DNA from: a virus
Lineage: Duplodnaviria; Caudoviricetes
Virus record (IMG/VR): IMGVR_UViG_3300044580_000088
Span: 1 to 40,766 of that record
DNA: 40,766 nt
Reading direction: 5' to 3' (one strand)
Shown here: positions 26,372 through 35,422 of the stretch, piece by piece
Position numbering within the stretch: position 1 is the first letter of the stretch
Layout: each line of letters starts with the position of its first letter
Made by a program: the position numbers and the translations under genes
The notes under the pieces: model-generated
Databases searched by the model: none
The model's input: only the letters and a program-made list of their open reading frames with translations
What the model was told of the DNA's origin: nothing

Positions 26372-26577
26372 GCAGCCTCGTGGGGAACGACCACGTCCCC
26401 CGTGTCCTTATCGTGGCGATGCCCGTAGAGCCTCTTCTGCAGCTCCTTGTGCTCCGCGGCGTTTGTTGAGCATACGAGGGCTATTTTCTTGTATATGAGC
26501 TGCAAAATGAACATGGCCAGCAATTGCAGCGCAGTTAGCAGTGCTCCAACCACCAAAATCCATGCGTTTTCCGACAT
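26368..26577 (-). CDS. Putative holin/membrane protein
   Basis: N-terminal TM helix plus charged tail, directly upstream of the hydrolase. Confidence 0.6.
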   Translation of the reverse strand: MSENAWILVVGALLTALQLLAMFILQLIYKKIALVCSTNAAEHKELQKRLYGHRHDKDTGDVVVPHEAA

Positions 26578-26593
26578 CGCCGCGCTCCATTCT

Positions 26594-26806
26594 TCACATT
26601 TTCCCGAATTGCGACTTCTGCAATTGAGCTCTGCCTAGGATACGGTTCCAGAACCTGAGCGGCAGCGATTCCAGAAACGATACAATTGCGGATGGCGTTG
26701 CAACCGGAAGGCTCTCCATGAGGCCCCAGGAGCTCCACAAATTCGCACGCTGCGTTGACGTTGCCGCACCGTAGAATCCCCATCCGACGACAGCCTTGAA
26801 GTTCAC
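26594..26806 (-). CDS. Small protein, paralogue of 26803-26967
   Basis: GTGA coupling; MNFKAVVGWGFY...RANLWSSWGLME. Confidence 0.7.
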   Translation of the reverse strand: MNFKAVVGWGFYGAATSTQRANLWSSWGLMESLPVATPSAIVSFLESLPLRFWNRILGRAQLQKSQFGKM

Positions 26807-26967
26807 TCCATCATCCTCCGGTAGTAGTACATGGCCGCGCCGATCATTCCCGATATTGTCGGCAGGATCTCCATCAGCCCCCAGGACGCAAAGTAGTTTG
26901 CCCTCCTGGCCGCCGCGACCCCGGCGCCCGCGTACATGCCCCAGCTAACAAACGGCAGATAATTCAT
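26803..26967 (-). CDS. Small protein (54 aa)
   Basis: Not in the track. MNYLPFVSWGMY...RANYFASWGLME...MYYYRRMME; overlap-coupled at both ends. Confidence 0.7.
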   Translation of the reverse strand: MNYLPFVSWGMYAGAGVAAARRANYFASWGLMEILPTISGMIGAAMYYYRRMME

Positions 26968-27305
26968 GGAGCAAACACCGCTTTAACACGCTGCCAAAAA
27001 CCGGGACGGTTCTGGCGCTTCATTTCTTCCTGCCACCCTTCTTTGAACTTTTCAAAAAACTCCTGCAGGCGCTTCACGTTGGCCTCAACGTCCGACTGCT
27101 GAAACTCCTTGGCCTTTTCGAGCAGGTAACGGTCGAGTTCGTGGCCGTTCTCGAATTTCTTCCCGCCCTCAATCTCGTTGTAGACGTAGAGCATGGCTTG
27201 GTCCACATTGGCTTGAGGAATTCCCTTTGACAGCAGCCATTTCATTTGGCCCTCCGGGGTCCGCCCGTTTTCCTGGTAAGGCTCGATCAGTCTCTTGAAG
27301 TCCAT
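26964..27305 (-). CDS. Hypothetical protein
   Basis: 113 aa, SD GGAGG. Confidence 0.7.
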   Translation of the reverse strand: MDFKRLIEPYQENGRTPEGQMKWLLSKGIPQANVDQAMLYVYNEIEGGKKFENGHELDRYLLEKAKEFQQSDVEANVKRLQEFFEKFKEGWQEEMKRQNRPGFWQRVKAVFAP

Positions 27306-27317
27306 CGCCTCCCTCCC

Positions 27318-28862
27318 TTATGCAGCCCTCAAGCGGGTGGTGGTTGTTGAATCATCGGTAAGCATGGAGCTGACAGTAAAGGCCGCAGTTGTTGAATCGT
27401 CCTTGTAAATGACCGTATTGCCGTTAGCGTCTGTCACTTCAATCTTGTTCCGCAGGATCCATCCCAGCGTCCTGATCCTGTCAAGGAGTCCGTTGCTTGT
27501 CAGGCCCGTCGCATCCGTAAACGCAGCGTCCAGGGCGTCAAACACTTCGCTCTGCACTTCGGCGTCCCAGGAAGAATTCCAGGGGATTGCCGTCAGGCCA
27601 GCCCCGGCCGCCCCGATCTCGGCGGTGTCGGTAAGGATGGCGTCAATGTCGGTAGCGCACTGCTCGCCGAAGGTCCCCGCCGAAGTATGTCCGGAGGTCG
27701 CTTCGTCCCAAACAGCATCTGCAATGGCGGCGGCGGTCGGCGGTGCGGCGTTGGCGTAGGTCACATAGCCTGACCCGTCAAGGGTCACGGTCCCGCCGGT
27801 GCTGGTGATGTTGGTCGCCGCCGTGAGGGTACGGGTCGTAGTGGCCCAGACAGCAGTTCCGATCTCCGTGCCGGCATCAGCCGCAAGGGCGTCGGCATCA
27901 ATGGCCCCAGTCGCAATCGCGGCGGCCGTGATGGCATTATTGGCAATGGAGCCCACCACGACACCGGAGGTTCCTGTATCATCAAGGATGGCATCAATGT
28001 CCGTAGCGCACTGTGCGCCAAATGTCCCGGCGGTGGTGTGTCCCGTCGTAGATTCGTCCCACACGGCATCTGCGATCGCGGCGGCCGTGGGCGGGGCTGC
28101 GTTGGCATATGTGACATACCCGCTGCCATCGAGAGTGACCGTGCCGCCTGTGCTGGTAATGTTCGCCGCGGAGGTAACGGTGCGAGTAGCCGAGGCCCAC
28201 ACGGCGGTGGCAATCTCGCTCCCGGCGTCTGCCGCCAAGGCTGCCGCGTCGATGGCCCCGGATGCGAATTTGGCCGCTGTGATGGCCCCCGTGGCAATGG
28301 CTCCCGCGTCGATGGCGTTGTCCGCAATGGCATCCGCGTCAATAGCGCCAGTGGCGATGGATGCTGCCGTGATGGCGTTATTGGAGATCGATGACACGTT
28401 GACGTTGAGGGGTGTCGTTCCGCCGGCATAGCCCGTGCCGTCGAAGAAGTCCTCCATGTTCGTGGAGGCCGTGCTGCCTTCAATGAGCAGGTCGTTCAGG
28501 GCGGCCCGACGGAAGCCGATGATCGGCCCGCGCCAGGGCAGGACCCCCGTGCAGACCCCGGTGAACCAGCCGAACCCTTCAGTATCGTTGTTAATGGATG
28601 CTCCGCCTGACGCCGGGATTTCAATGGTGTACATCCCATCCCCCTGGTGCGTCCAGTCGTAGTTTCCGCCGGATGTCGGCGTCACCGCGGTCTGAGTGAA
28701 AGCTCCGGCAGGGGTGACGAAATTCCAGACAAGGTCCATCCCGGCGGCATTGTAGGCCACGGCGGTCTCCCGAGTCTTGAAGTCTGTATCATCAATCAAG
28801 GGAAAGATGTTGACCGGAACTTCGCTTAATGCTGTGTCAACGTCCATCCAAATATCAGGCAT
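27318..28862 (-). CDS. Ala/Thr-rich repetitive fibre-like virion protein
   Basis: AITAAxIA 5/10-residue repeats, IADAVWDE repeats, 117-aa internal duplication. Confidence 0.75.
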   Translation of the reverse strand: MPDIWMDVDTALSEVPVNIFPLIDDTDFKTRETAVAYNAAGMDLVWNFVTPAGAFTQTAVTPTSGGNYDWTHQGDGMYTIEIPASGGASINNDTEGFGWFTGVCTGVLPWRGPIIGFRRAALNDLLIEGSTASTNMEDFFDGTGYAGGTTPLNVNVSSISNNAITAASIATGAIDADAIADNAIDAGAIATGAITAAKFASGAIDAAALAADAGSEIATAVWASATRTVTSAANITSTGGTVTLDGSGYVTYANAAPPTAAAIADAVWDESTTGHTTAGTFGAQCATDIDAILDDTGTSGVVVGSIANNAITAAAIATGAIDADALAADAGTEIGTAVWATTTRTLTAATNITSTGGTVTLDGSGYVTYANAAPPTAAAIADAVWDEATSGHTSAGTFGEQCATDIDAILTDTAEIGAAGAGLTAIPWNSSWDAEVQSEVFDALDAAFTDATGLTSNGLLDRIRTLGWILRNKIEVTDANGNTVIYKDDSTTAAFTVSSMLTDDSTTTTRLRAA

Positions 28863-28879
28863 TTTCGTTCCCTCCGAAG

Positions 28880-29893
28880 CTATTGCTGTGCATAGGCGTA
28901 ATATGGATAGGCGCTTGTCCCCGCCGCTACATACTCATCGGCCCCAATATCCCACTGCGCCCCGGAACCGCCGCGATCGTCACCGTCAATATCGTCCTGA
29001 AACGCATAATAAGAATCGTTATAAAGATTGGTTCCGTTGCTCCTTGCTTCTGTGTCGGACGATGATAGGTGATAATCACCGCTTCCGGCAAATGTCACCG
29101 TTTTTGAGCGGTATGCAGAATTGGGAGAAGTGTTATCCGATGATATGTTAGACCCCGATGCATCAGGAGGATCACCAACATAGTTTCCATCACTTGAGGT
29201 GCCCTGTGCGATATTATTGTAAAACCTGACATTTGCGCCACTATAGGAGTAGTTTACGACACAACTTGACGAGCAGTTTACAAGCGTGTTGTTGTAGAGG
29301 CATATATTAACAGCTGCTTCGAGGTAACCTATATTGATGCCATACTCCCAGCCATAGACGATGTTATTGATAACATAAGAGTTGAGTACGTCAATGTTAT
29401 TAATCCCGTAATGGCTTGATGATCCACCTCCACCTGACAGTCGGAGTATGTTGTGCGATATGAGCAAGTACGAGGAGGTCGATTGGGCGGACGAATCTGC
29501 TACGATCCCATTCGCTTGATCCTCCGCAGTATTGTCAATCTGTAATCCTATGATCCTTACATATTGTTCTGCAATGCGTAGTGTCCCTTGGCCCCATGAT
29601 GCAGATGATACAATTCTATATTTGTTGCCCGTCTGCCATGTTCCGTTGTGCCGATAGGATTCAGATGGATCGGTCCATATCTTGATGTATTGTGTAGACG
29701 ATGTCGTCCAGCCGTCAATTGCTACGTAAGTCGTATCCGCAGTACCGCCCGTGCAGCGGCATTTTGCGACTGCGATTTCGTCCCGTGCACCGGTCAGGTC
29801 ACCCTGTTCGCCCGCTTCCCAAGCCGACAGGCTGGTATAGTTGGTGCCTGACCCGTTGTCTGGGTCTACAATTCTGATGACTTCAGTTGCCAT
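28880..29893 (-). CDS. Right-handed beta-helix protein (adhesin/spike-like)
   Basis: YTSLSAWEA start; NNIVY/YNNTL/YNNIA Asn ladders; DYHLSS; WDIGADEY end. Confidence 0.75.
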   Translation of the reverse strand: MATEVIRIVDPDNGSGTNYTSLSAWEAGEQGDLTGARDEIAVAKCRCTGGTADTTYVAIDGWTTSSTQYIKIWTDPSESYRHNGTWQTGNKYRIVSSASWGQGTLRIAEQYVRIIGLQIDNTAEDQANGIVADSSAQSTSSYLLISHNILRLSGGGGSSSHYGINNIDVLNSYVINNIVYGWEYGINIGYLEAAVNICLYNNTLVNCSSSCVVNYSYSGANVRFYNNIAQGTSSDGNYVGDPPDASGSNISSDNTSPNSAYRSKTVTFAGSGDYHLSSSDTEARSNGTNLYNDSYYAFQDDIDGDDRGGSGAQWDIGADEYVAAGTSAYPYYAYAQQ

Positions 29894-30325
29894 TTAGAGG
29901 CTTGCCGTCTCGTCTGTGTTGGTTTTGAGATTACGCAGGTAGCTCCTGACCTGCGTCCATGTATAATCGTGCTTGTCTGCGTAATCACCGACTTTGATGA
30001 TCAACTCGCCGTTGTCCCGCAGTTTCCGCAAGGCCGCAGTAGGCATGTCATCGAGGCGGAATTTCCACAGGCGACGGCGGAAGACCTGGTAACGGCCATC
30101 TGCATCTGCCGTGTCCTCGAGTTCCGGCTCGATGTATTTCTTCACCTTTTCTACGGGCACTCCGGGAAGCTTGATAACGACGAATTTCGGCAGTCGCTCA
30201 TCAAGCCCCCATGTGTGCGTATCCGGCATGACCACCACGGGCATCCCGCGCTTGTAACAGCCCCTGCGGTCCTTCTCGGCATCGGGGTGCGTAGCGTCAA
30301 TCGCCTTGATCAGTATCTGAGCCAT
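29894..30325 (-). CDS. Hypothetical protein, possible partner of the beta-helix gene
   Basis: Start MAQILIKA after GGTGAG; YKRGMPVVV...WG motif. Confidence 0.7.
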   Translation of the reverse strand: MAQILIKAIDATHPDAEKDRRGCYKRGMPVVVMPDTHTWGLDERLPKFVVIKLPGVPVEKVKKYIEPELEDTADADGRYQVFRRRLWKFRLDDMPTAALRKLRDNGELIIKVGDYADKHDYTWTQVRSYLRNLKTNTDETASL

Positions 30326-30350
30326 TATCTCACCAACTTGTAGTCGCACG

Positions 30351-30710
30351 TTACGGTGAGAGTTTGAGACCAGTAGCTCCACTTGGAGCGGCAGGCCTTG
30401 CGAAGGTAAAAACCGCCTCGGCGCTCTCCAACCTACCCCATACCGCATCGTTCTTGTAGGCCTTGACCTTGAGAGTGTGATTGCCGCTCGTTACTGCACC
30501 AACGTCAAACTTGAAACGGACGGTGGACGAAGTAACAGGGTCAGCCGGACTTTCCACCACAGCGCCGTTATCAACAGAAACAGCAAAACCGTCAGGCTGA
30601 GTGGCAGCAGTAGGGTAGGCGTCGCTGACCACGAAGGGCGCGGCCTGAACCTCAAGATTGAATGCCAGGAAGGCCAGGACGAAAACGACGAGAAAAAGGA
30701 TCTTTTTCAC
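30351..30710 (-). CDS. Signal-peptide-bearing Ig/FN3-like protein
   Basis: MKKILFLVVFVLAFLAF...VQA-A signal; GNHTLKVKAY...ES...P-P-GLKL. Confidence 0.7.
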   Translation of the reverse strand: MKKILFLVVFVLAFLAFNLEVQAAPFVVSDAYPTAATQPDGFAVSVDNGAVVESPADPVTSSTVRFKFDVGAVTSGNHTLKVKAYKNDAVWGRLESAEAVFTFARPAAPSGATGLKLSP

Positions 30711-30721
30711 GAATCACCTCC

Positions 30722-31327
30722 TCAGAATTGTCCCACAACGTTGCAGTAGCCGGCGGAAGACGCCACGGCGTCGATGACGTAGCAGGCCTTCATATCTGCA
30801 GCGTCGGTCAGGGTCACCGAGTACCCCTTCTCCAGGAGCAGCCCCATCTTGCTTACCTGGGTAGGCAAGAACCCGTTCCAGGAAATCCGCTGGTCGTTGT
30901 CCTCGGCCTGGATAATGAGCTTCCTTGCCGTCATCCCGCGGAATTCTGGCCGGACATACTCGGCCGGAAGCAGCTCAATGGTCGTGCCGTCGGCGTCCGC
31001 CGCATCGGCTACCCCTTCCACGGTGATGTGCTCGTTGTTCTGAAACGTGCCGACCACGCTGCAGAGCTTCAGCCAGCAGACGGCGTCCCCGCCGGCCCAA
31101 GACCCGCTTTCCAGGGTGCCGACCTCGAGCACCATGGCCGAGGCCCCGGAGGTGGCCCCCAGGATCCGGTTGCCGGCCACGATGGCCGTTGTCCCCCCGG
31201 AGTCGATGTGCAGCTTGTGCTCGACGTATTTGATGATGTTCGTCCCGATTGCCGTGGCCGTGTTGCCCGGAGTGATCCGCTGGCCGGTCAGGGCCCGAAA
31301 GTTGTATTCCATCGTCAAGCTGGGCAT
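30722..31327 (-). CDS. Putative virion structural protein
   Basis: GATSGASA...GSWAGGDA...GTFQNNE beta-rich module. Confidence 0.6.
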   Translation of the reverse strand: MPSLTMEYNFRALTGQRITPGNTATAIGTNIIKYVEHKLHIDSGGTTAIVAGNRILGATSGASAMVLEVGTLESGSWAGGDAVCWLKLCSVVGTFQNNEHITVEGVADAADADGTTIELLPAEYVRPEFRGMTARKLIIQAEDNDQRISWNGFLPTQVSKMGLLLEKGYSVTLTDAADMKACYVIDAVASSAGYCNVVGQF

Positions 31328-31337
31328 GTTTACCTCC

Positions 31338-31628
31338 TCATCGCTTGAAGGCGGGCAGGATCCTGGGGCCGGCTGCCGGCCGGATGATCCGCTCTGCCTC
31401 GATGTTTTTGGCTATGGTCAGCATCCGCTGCTCGTTTTCGTATGCGTTGGGGTTGCCCTGAACGGCCGAACAGTTCGGGCACATGTAGATGGCGACCCCC
31501 GGATTGACCGGATAGACCAGCCAGCCACCGTACTGCTTCTGGATCTGCTCCGTCGTTGCGCTGCACTGCCGGCAGGCGGCCGGCGACTGGATCACGATCT
31601 TCTCTTTCTGTCCGTTGTCCTGGCCCAT
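31338..31628 (-). CDS. Zinc-ribbon protein
   Basis: CRQC...CPNC. Confidence 0.65.
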   Translation of the reverse strand: MGQDNGQKEKIVIQSPAACRQCSATTEQIQKQYGGWLVYPVNPGVAIYMCPNCSAVQGNPNAYENEQRMLTIAKNIEAERIIRPAAGPRILPAFKR

Positions 31629-31632
31629 TTCT

Positions 31633-31860
31633 TCATTTCCCTTTGCGGATCGTGCCGATCACCCGGCTCAGTTCCTCGGACGCCCGCGGCACCTCGTCCC
31701 GGAGGCTGGCCAGGATCTGAAAGAGCTGGCCGTTCAGCAGCGAATCTCCGGTGTCGATGGGGCCGACGTTCTTCATGTGCCCGTATTTCACGGCTTCCGT
31801 GATCGCGTTTCTGATCTTTTCCAGCCATGTTGGCCGGTATTGGGAGATTGCCTCTGGCAT
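31633..31860 (-). CDS. Hypothetical protein
   Basis: Coupled downstream of terL. Confidence 0.6.
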   Translation of the reverse strand: MPEAISQYRPTWLEKIRNAITEAVKYGHMKNVGPIDTGDSLLNGQLFQILASLRDEVPRASEELSRVIGTIRKGK

Positions 31861-31861
31861 G

Positions 31862-33751
31862 TCATCTCCGTATCGTGATCTCGTAGTCCTGGTCAGCGAG
31901 ATCGCGGGCCCGCTGCCGAGCCAGCCAGCCGCCGATCCCCGTTTCGTTCCCCGTGCCGCCGGGGGGCAGGCCTTCCGGCAGTTGCCAGCCGGCCAGGGAT
32001 ACGCCCTGCCGATGAGCCGGCTTGTACTTTTCCTCTTCCTGCGCGGACAACTGGCGCGGCATCAGGGTCATCATGATCGCGGCCATGCCGGCCGTATCGA
32101 CCCGCTCGTCGTGGCAGCCGAGCTCTGCGTTGAGCTTGCCGCCCTTTTCCACGAAGGTCCGCATCTCCGAAACGGTTTCCTTGCAGCGGATCTGCAGTTG
32201 CCCCGTGGAGGCCAGCTCGTGCAGCCGGTCAACCATGAGCGGCTTGGTCTTCTTGTTGGTCATCCATCCGGGCTCTCCCGGCTTGTGCTCGAAGAGCGGA
32301 TACCGGGCTGCCTCGAGGTCCCGGACGACCGTGTAGCCGTGATTCATCAGCTCGACGCAGGCCGGCGCACGATAGTACAGAGCGCCGATCATCTCCACGA
32401 GCTCTGCGATCACCCCATAATCGACGTGCCCGTGCCACTGGGCGGCCTGGACGCCGGTGCGGTGGTTGTAGACATCGATGCAGGTCGGGTCAGGCTCGGT
32501 CTGCCGCTGCTCGTGCGACGGCTTGATCCCGCCGGCCGAGTCCACGGTCAGGAAGTACGTCATGTCCTTGCGCGGCTTCTCCCAGATCTTCAGGTGGCCA
32601 TTGGGATTGGGGCGGATCTTGGTCAGGCCGTTGCGGATCACGGGATCCCCGACCAGGATCGGATCCTTGCAGCCGGCCTCGAGGTTGTCACAGAGCAGCC
32701 GCCCGAAGACGTTGGCTCCTTGGGACAGGAACGCTTCCTCGACCGTGGCCGGATACTCCTGGCGGAAGATCTCGAGACGCCCGTTGCACTTGTTCTCGAT
32801 TGCCCAGGCCCGCCAATGCATTTGCTCGAGCGACAGGCGGAACCGCTTCATCAGCCGCAGGGCCTCGGACTCCTCCCAGGTCATCGTTTCCTTGTTGAGC
32901 ACCTTGCGGTGCAGCTCGACCTCGAACCATTCCCGCTGCCTATCGGAATCGAAGGGCTTGGTGTAGCGCTCATGGACGAACCACGGGATGAACACTAGGA
33001 TCCAGTCCCACGCCGGATTGTGCCAGGCGTAGGTGATGCCGTCTTCCTGGTAGAACGGGTGGCGTCCCTCGGCGTAGGCCTTGAACACGTCGGACTGGAA
33101 GCGGTTCCCGTAGCCGTTGGCGGTTGACTCGAAGATCACCTCGGAGTCCGTCGGCGGGTCGGGGACGCAGGACAGCAGCGAGGTACAAAGGGTCTCGGGA
33201 TCCGGCCAGTACGCGCACTCGGACCCGTGCAGATAGTGAATCCCCTGGGACCGGCCGGCGTCCAGGTTGCGGGCGCAGGCCAGGGTGTATTCGCTCTTGA
33301 GCCCGCGGCCGTTTTCCGTATCGAAGATCAATTCCTTGGAGTTGGACTTCCGGGTTGCCGGCGGGAGCGGGTTGCGCTCGTGGAAGAGCTTGGCCATGGA
33401 GTAGAGCTCGTCCGTTGACGAGATTTCGTGTCCGACGATGAACGTGTTCCGGTTGAAGCGCGTCGAGGTGAGCCAGTAGAACCTCCCCTCCGTGTAGGTG
33501 GATCCTCCAAATCTCCGGGACTTCAGCAGCAGGGCCCGGACGCCCCCCATCTCGCGCTTCTGCTTCTCGAGGCAGTTGTGCAGGATCTCCTGCCCCCGGT
33601 TGAACCGGAACGGGAGGATCTGCTGCGTGTTGTGATCGCGGATGAAAAGGCAGTCCTGGGCGAAGGCGCGGAAATCCTGAACGTAGCGCTGATAGGCAGT
33701 CGCCAGCGCGTCCAGGTTGCTTTGCTTACTTGCCGTCGCCGCCTTGCCCAT
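31862..33751 (-). CDS. terL: Terminase large subunit
   Basis: Walker A LKSRRFGGST, Walker B YLHGSE, FESTANG, FRQEYP, nuclease LTVDSAGG and HDERV. Confidence 0.93.
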   Translation of the reverse strand: MGKAATASKQSNLDALATAYQRYVQDFRAFAQDCLFIRDHNTQQILPFRFNRGQEILHNCLEKQKREMGGVRALLLKSRRFGGSTYTEGRFYWLTSTRFNRNTFIVGHEISSTDELYSMAKLFHERNPLPPATRKSNSKELIFDTENGRGLKSEYTLACARNLDAGRSQGIHYLHGSECAYWPDPETLCTSLLSCVPDPPTDSEVIFESTANGYGNRFQSDVFKAYAEGRHPFYQEDGITYAWHNPAWDWILVFIPWFVHERYTKPFDSDRQREWFEVELHRKVLNKETMTWEESEALRLMKRFRLSLEQMHWRAWAIENKCNGRLEIFRQEYPATVEEAFLSQGANVFGRLLCDNLEAGCKDPILVGDPVIRNGLTKIRPNPNGHLKIWEKPRKDMTYFLTVDSAGGIKPSHEQRQTEPDPTCIDVYNHRTGVQAAQWHGHVDYGVIAELVEMIGALYYRAPACVELMNHGYTVVRDLEAARYPLFEHKPGEPGWMTNKKTKPLMVDRLHELASTGQLQIRCKETVSEMRTFVEKGGKLNAELGCHDERVDTAGMAAIMMTLMPRQLSAQEEEKYKPAHRQGVSLAGWQLPEGLPPGGTGNETGIGGWLARQRARDLADQDYEITIRR

Positions 33752-34193
33752 GAACGATCCTCAGAATTTCCTCGAGGCCCGTGTGCTGCTGGATGCTCTT
33801 TTCGGCCGGATAGGCGCCCTCGATCTTGTTCGCCTCGCGGATGACATCGAGCTGCAGCCCGAGATCGGCAATGTCTATCGCCAGGAGCTGTTCCTCGCTC
33901 GTCTCCGCCAGGATCCGGACGCCGGCCTTCAATTTTGCCCCAGGAGGCGTTTTCTTCTTCGGGCCCTTGCCGGCTATCGCGTCGATCTGGTCCAGAAGCT
34001 CCTGGGCCGCTTTCTGCGGGTCCAGGCCCGACTTCTTGAGCTTGACGAACTTGGTTTCCTTGGCATCCAGGAGCTTCGCCAGCCGGCGGAAGCGCCGCTC
34101 CTTCCCGAGGCCGACCTTCTTGAGCAGCTTCTTGTTGAGCTCAGCCAATGCCTCCGTGACCGGGGCGATGTCTTCTGGCGTCACTTTCGTCAT
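33726..34193 (-). CDS. Putative terminase small subunit
   Basis: Immediately upstream of and overlapping terL; LLDAKETKF...GAYPAEK; probable start MTKVTP. Confidence 0.65.
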   Translation of the reverse strand: MTKVTPEDIAPVTEALAELNKKLLKKVGLGKERRFRRLAKLLDAKETKFVKLKKSGLDPQKAAQELLDQIDAIAGKGPKKKTPPGAKLKAGVRILAETSEEQLLAIDIADLGLQLDVIREANKIEGAYPAEKSIQQHTGLEEILRIVHGQGGDGK

Positions 34194-34319
34194 GGCCTTT
34201 GGGGGCCCTCTCCTTCCGGGGGCGGCAAAACAGCTCCCATCGACTGCGGGCGCTGGCGCGAGGGGATTCTGTGGCCGCCCCTTGAAGGAGGGAATCAGCA
34301 CGAGGCAGTCCCGTGCCTC

Positions 34320-34388
34320 AGCATTGTGGCAATGATGCATCAGGTCGAGGGGAAAGTCCAGATGACACAGGCGGACAAAAGCGGACAA
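34320..34388 (-). promoter_or_regulatory. Candidate late promoter with three 10-bp-phased GACA boxes
   Basis: GACA at 34364, 34374 and 34384; TGGACT-17-CATCAT on the minus strand; between terminator and terminase. Confidence 0.4.
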
Positions 34389-34390
34389 TG

Positions 34391-34420
34391 AAAAAAGCCC
34401 CGGAGGTGGTCCGGGGCTTA
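34391..34420 (-). terminator. Intrinsic terminator separating middle and late genes
   Basis: AAGCCCCGGA-CCACC-TCCGGGGCTT followed by further Ts. Confidence 0.85.
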
Positions 34421-34427
34421 TCGTGGA

Positions 34428-34640
34428 TCATTTGCGCCTGATCGCCGGCAGGGCTGCCATCCGCATCTTGATCAGGGCCAGGGTTTCGCGGAGGATGCAG
34501 GGCTTGCTGCCGACGTAGACCAGGGGGATATTGAGGCGCGAAGAGATGCGCTTCATGGTTTTCGTTGAGATGTGGGGGTTCCAGTAGGAGAGGATCTCTT
34601 TCCACCCGATGAGCCAGAGGTCGCCGAGGGCGCGCTCTAT
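34428..34640 (-). CDS. Excisionase/AlpA-like winged-HTH protein, start uncertain
   Basis: LIGWKEILSYW...STKTMKR...IP motif; no ATG/GTG near the domain. Confidence 0.55.
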   Translation of the reverse strand: MERALGDLWLIGWKEILSYWNPHISTKTMKRISSRLNIPLVYVGSKPCILRETLALIKMRMAALPAIRRK

Positions 34641-34876
34641 CGCTTGAGCCTCGAGATCCGAGCGTTTGTCTTGTCGATTTCCCGCGCCAGGACGAGATTG
34701 ATGCCGGCCTGGTGTTCGCGCTCTTGCTGGATCTGCATTACGACTCTTTGCTCGAGCTGCTCCATGGACCACTGCATGTTTCTGAGCTCCCGGCAGGTCT
34801 GAACCGTCACGGCGACGAGGATCAGGCACGTTGCCAGGACCACGGCGGTCAGGATTTTTCTTGCTGCGTCTTTCAT
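34637..34876 (-). CDS. Membrane-anchored coiled-coil protein
   Basis: N-terminal TM helix then Q/E-rich helix. Confidence 0.6.
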   Translation of the reverse strand: MKDAARKILTAVVLATCLILVAVTVQTCRELRNMQWSMEQLEQRVVMQIQQEREHQAGINLVLAREIDKTNARISRLKR

Positions 34877-34900
34877 GGTTGGCACCCCTTTGCATGGCTG

Positions 34901-35422
34901 TCAGTCCTCCTGCGCCACAGTATTCACCTGCGGGACATTGCGTCCGATGCTGGCCGCGAGTTCGCGGACGGGCCTTCTCCTGACGGCATATTCCGTGGTG
35001 AGGTTTTTTCTCCGGAATCCTGCGAGCATGGCATCCTCAAGCCGCAGGTACTTGGGCATCCTGAGCTGACGGCACCGCCCGCATGGGGCCGTCGCGGATA
35101 TCGGGGTCCTGTACGGGTCCTGGTCTTTTTCCAGGATGAGCCATCCGCTTTCGCAGTCCGGGCAGTCGACGGATTCCTTTCGGGCCCGCTTCTCCGGGTG
35201 CGCCGTCAACCATGCGTTGTACAAACTCCACATGACGGTCGGCAGGTTCTTCGGGAAAGTATCGTTTTCCTCGAATATTTTCCGCTTGATCCAATCCAGG
35301 GATTCCCTGGGGATCGTCTTCACCCGCTCATGCCATAGCTCGAGGGCGTTGTCGTTGGGGATCTTGCGCTCGTAGTAGGTGCATACGGTGCGGATGGTTT
35401 CGGTGAACTCGATCCAGGTCAT
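34901..35422 (-). CDS. Putative helicase loader/inhibitor-type replication protein with Zn finger
   Basis: Coupled to the initiator; N-terminal F...W...FP pattern; CPDC...CGRC. Confidence 0.55.
   Translation of the reverse strand: MTWIEFTETIRTVCTYYERKIPNDNALELWHERVKTIPRESLDWIKRKIFEENDTFPKNLPTVMWSLYNAWLTAHPEKRARKESVDCPDCESGWLILEKDQDPYRTPISATAPCGRCRQLRMPKYLRLEDAMLAGFRRKNLTTEYAVRRRPVRELAASIGRNVPQVNTVAQED

Noticed and set aside
27702-28163. Possible DGR template/variable repeat pair
   Set aside because: Differences are synonymous and not adenine-specific; no reverse transcriptase in the window
31751-32998. 415-aa plus-strand ORF and similar antisense ORFs over the giant gene
   Set aside because: Shadows of terL and other real genes, expected at this GC content
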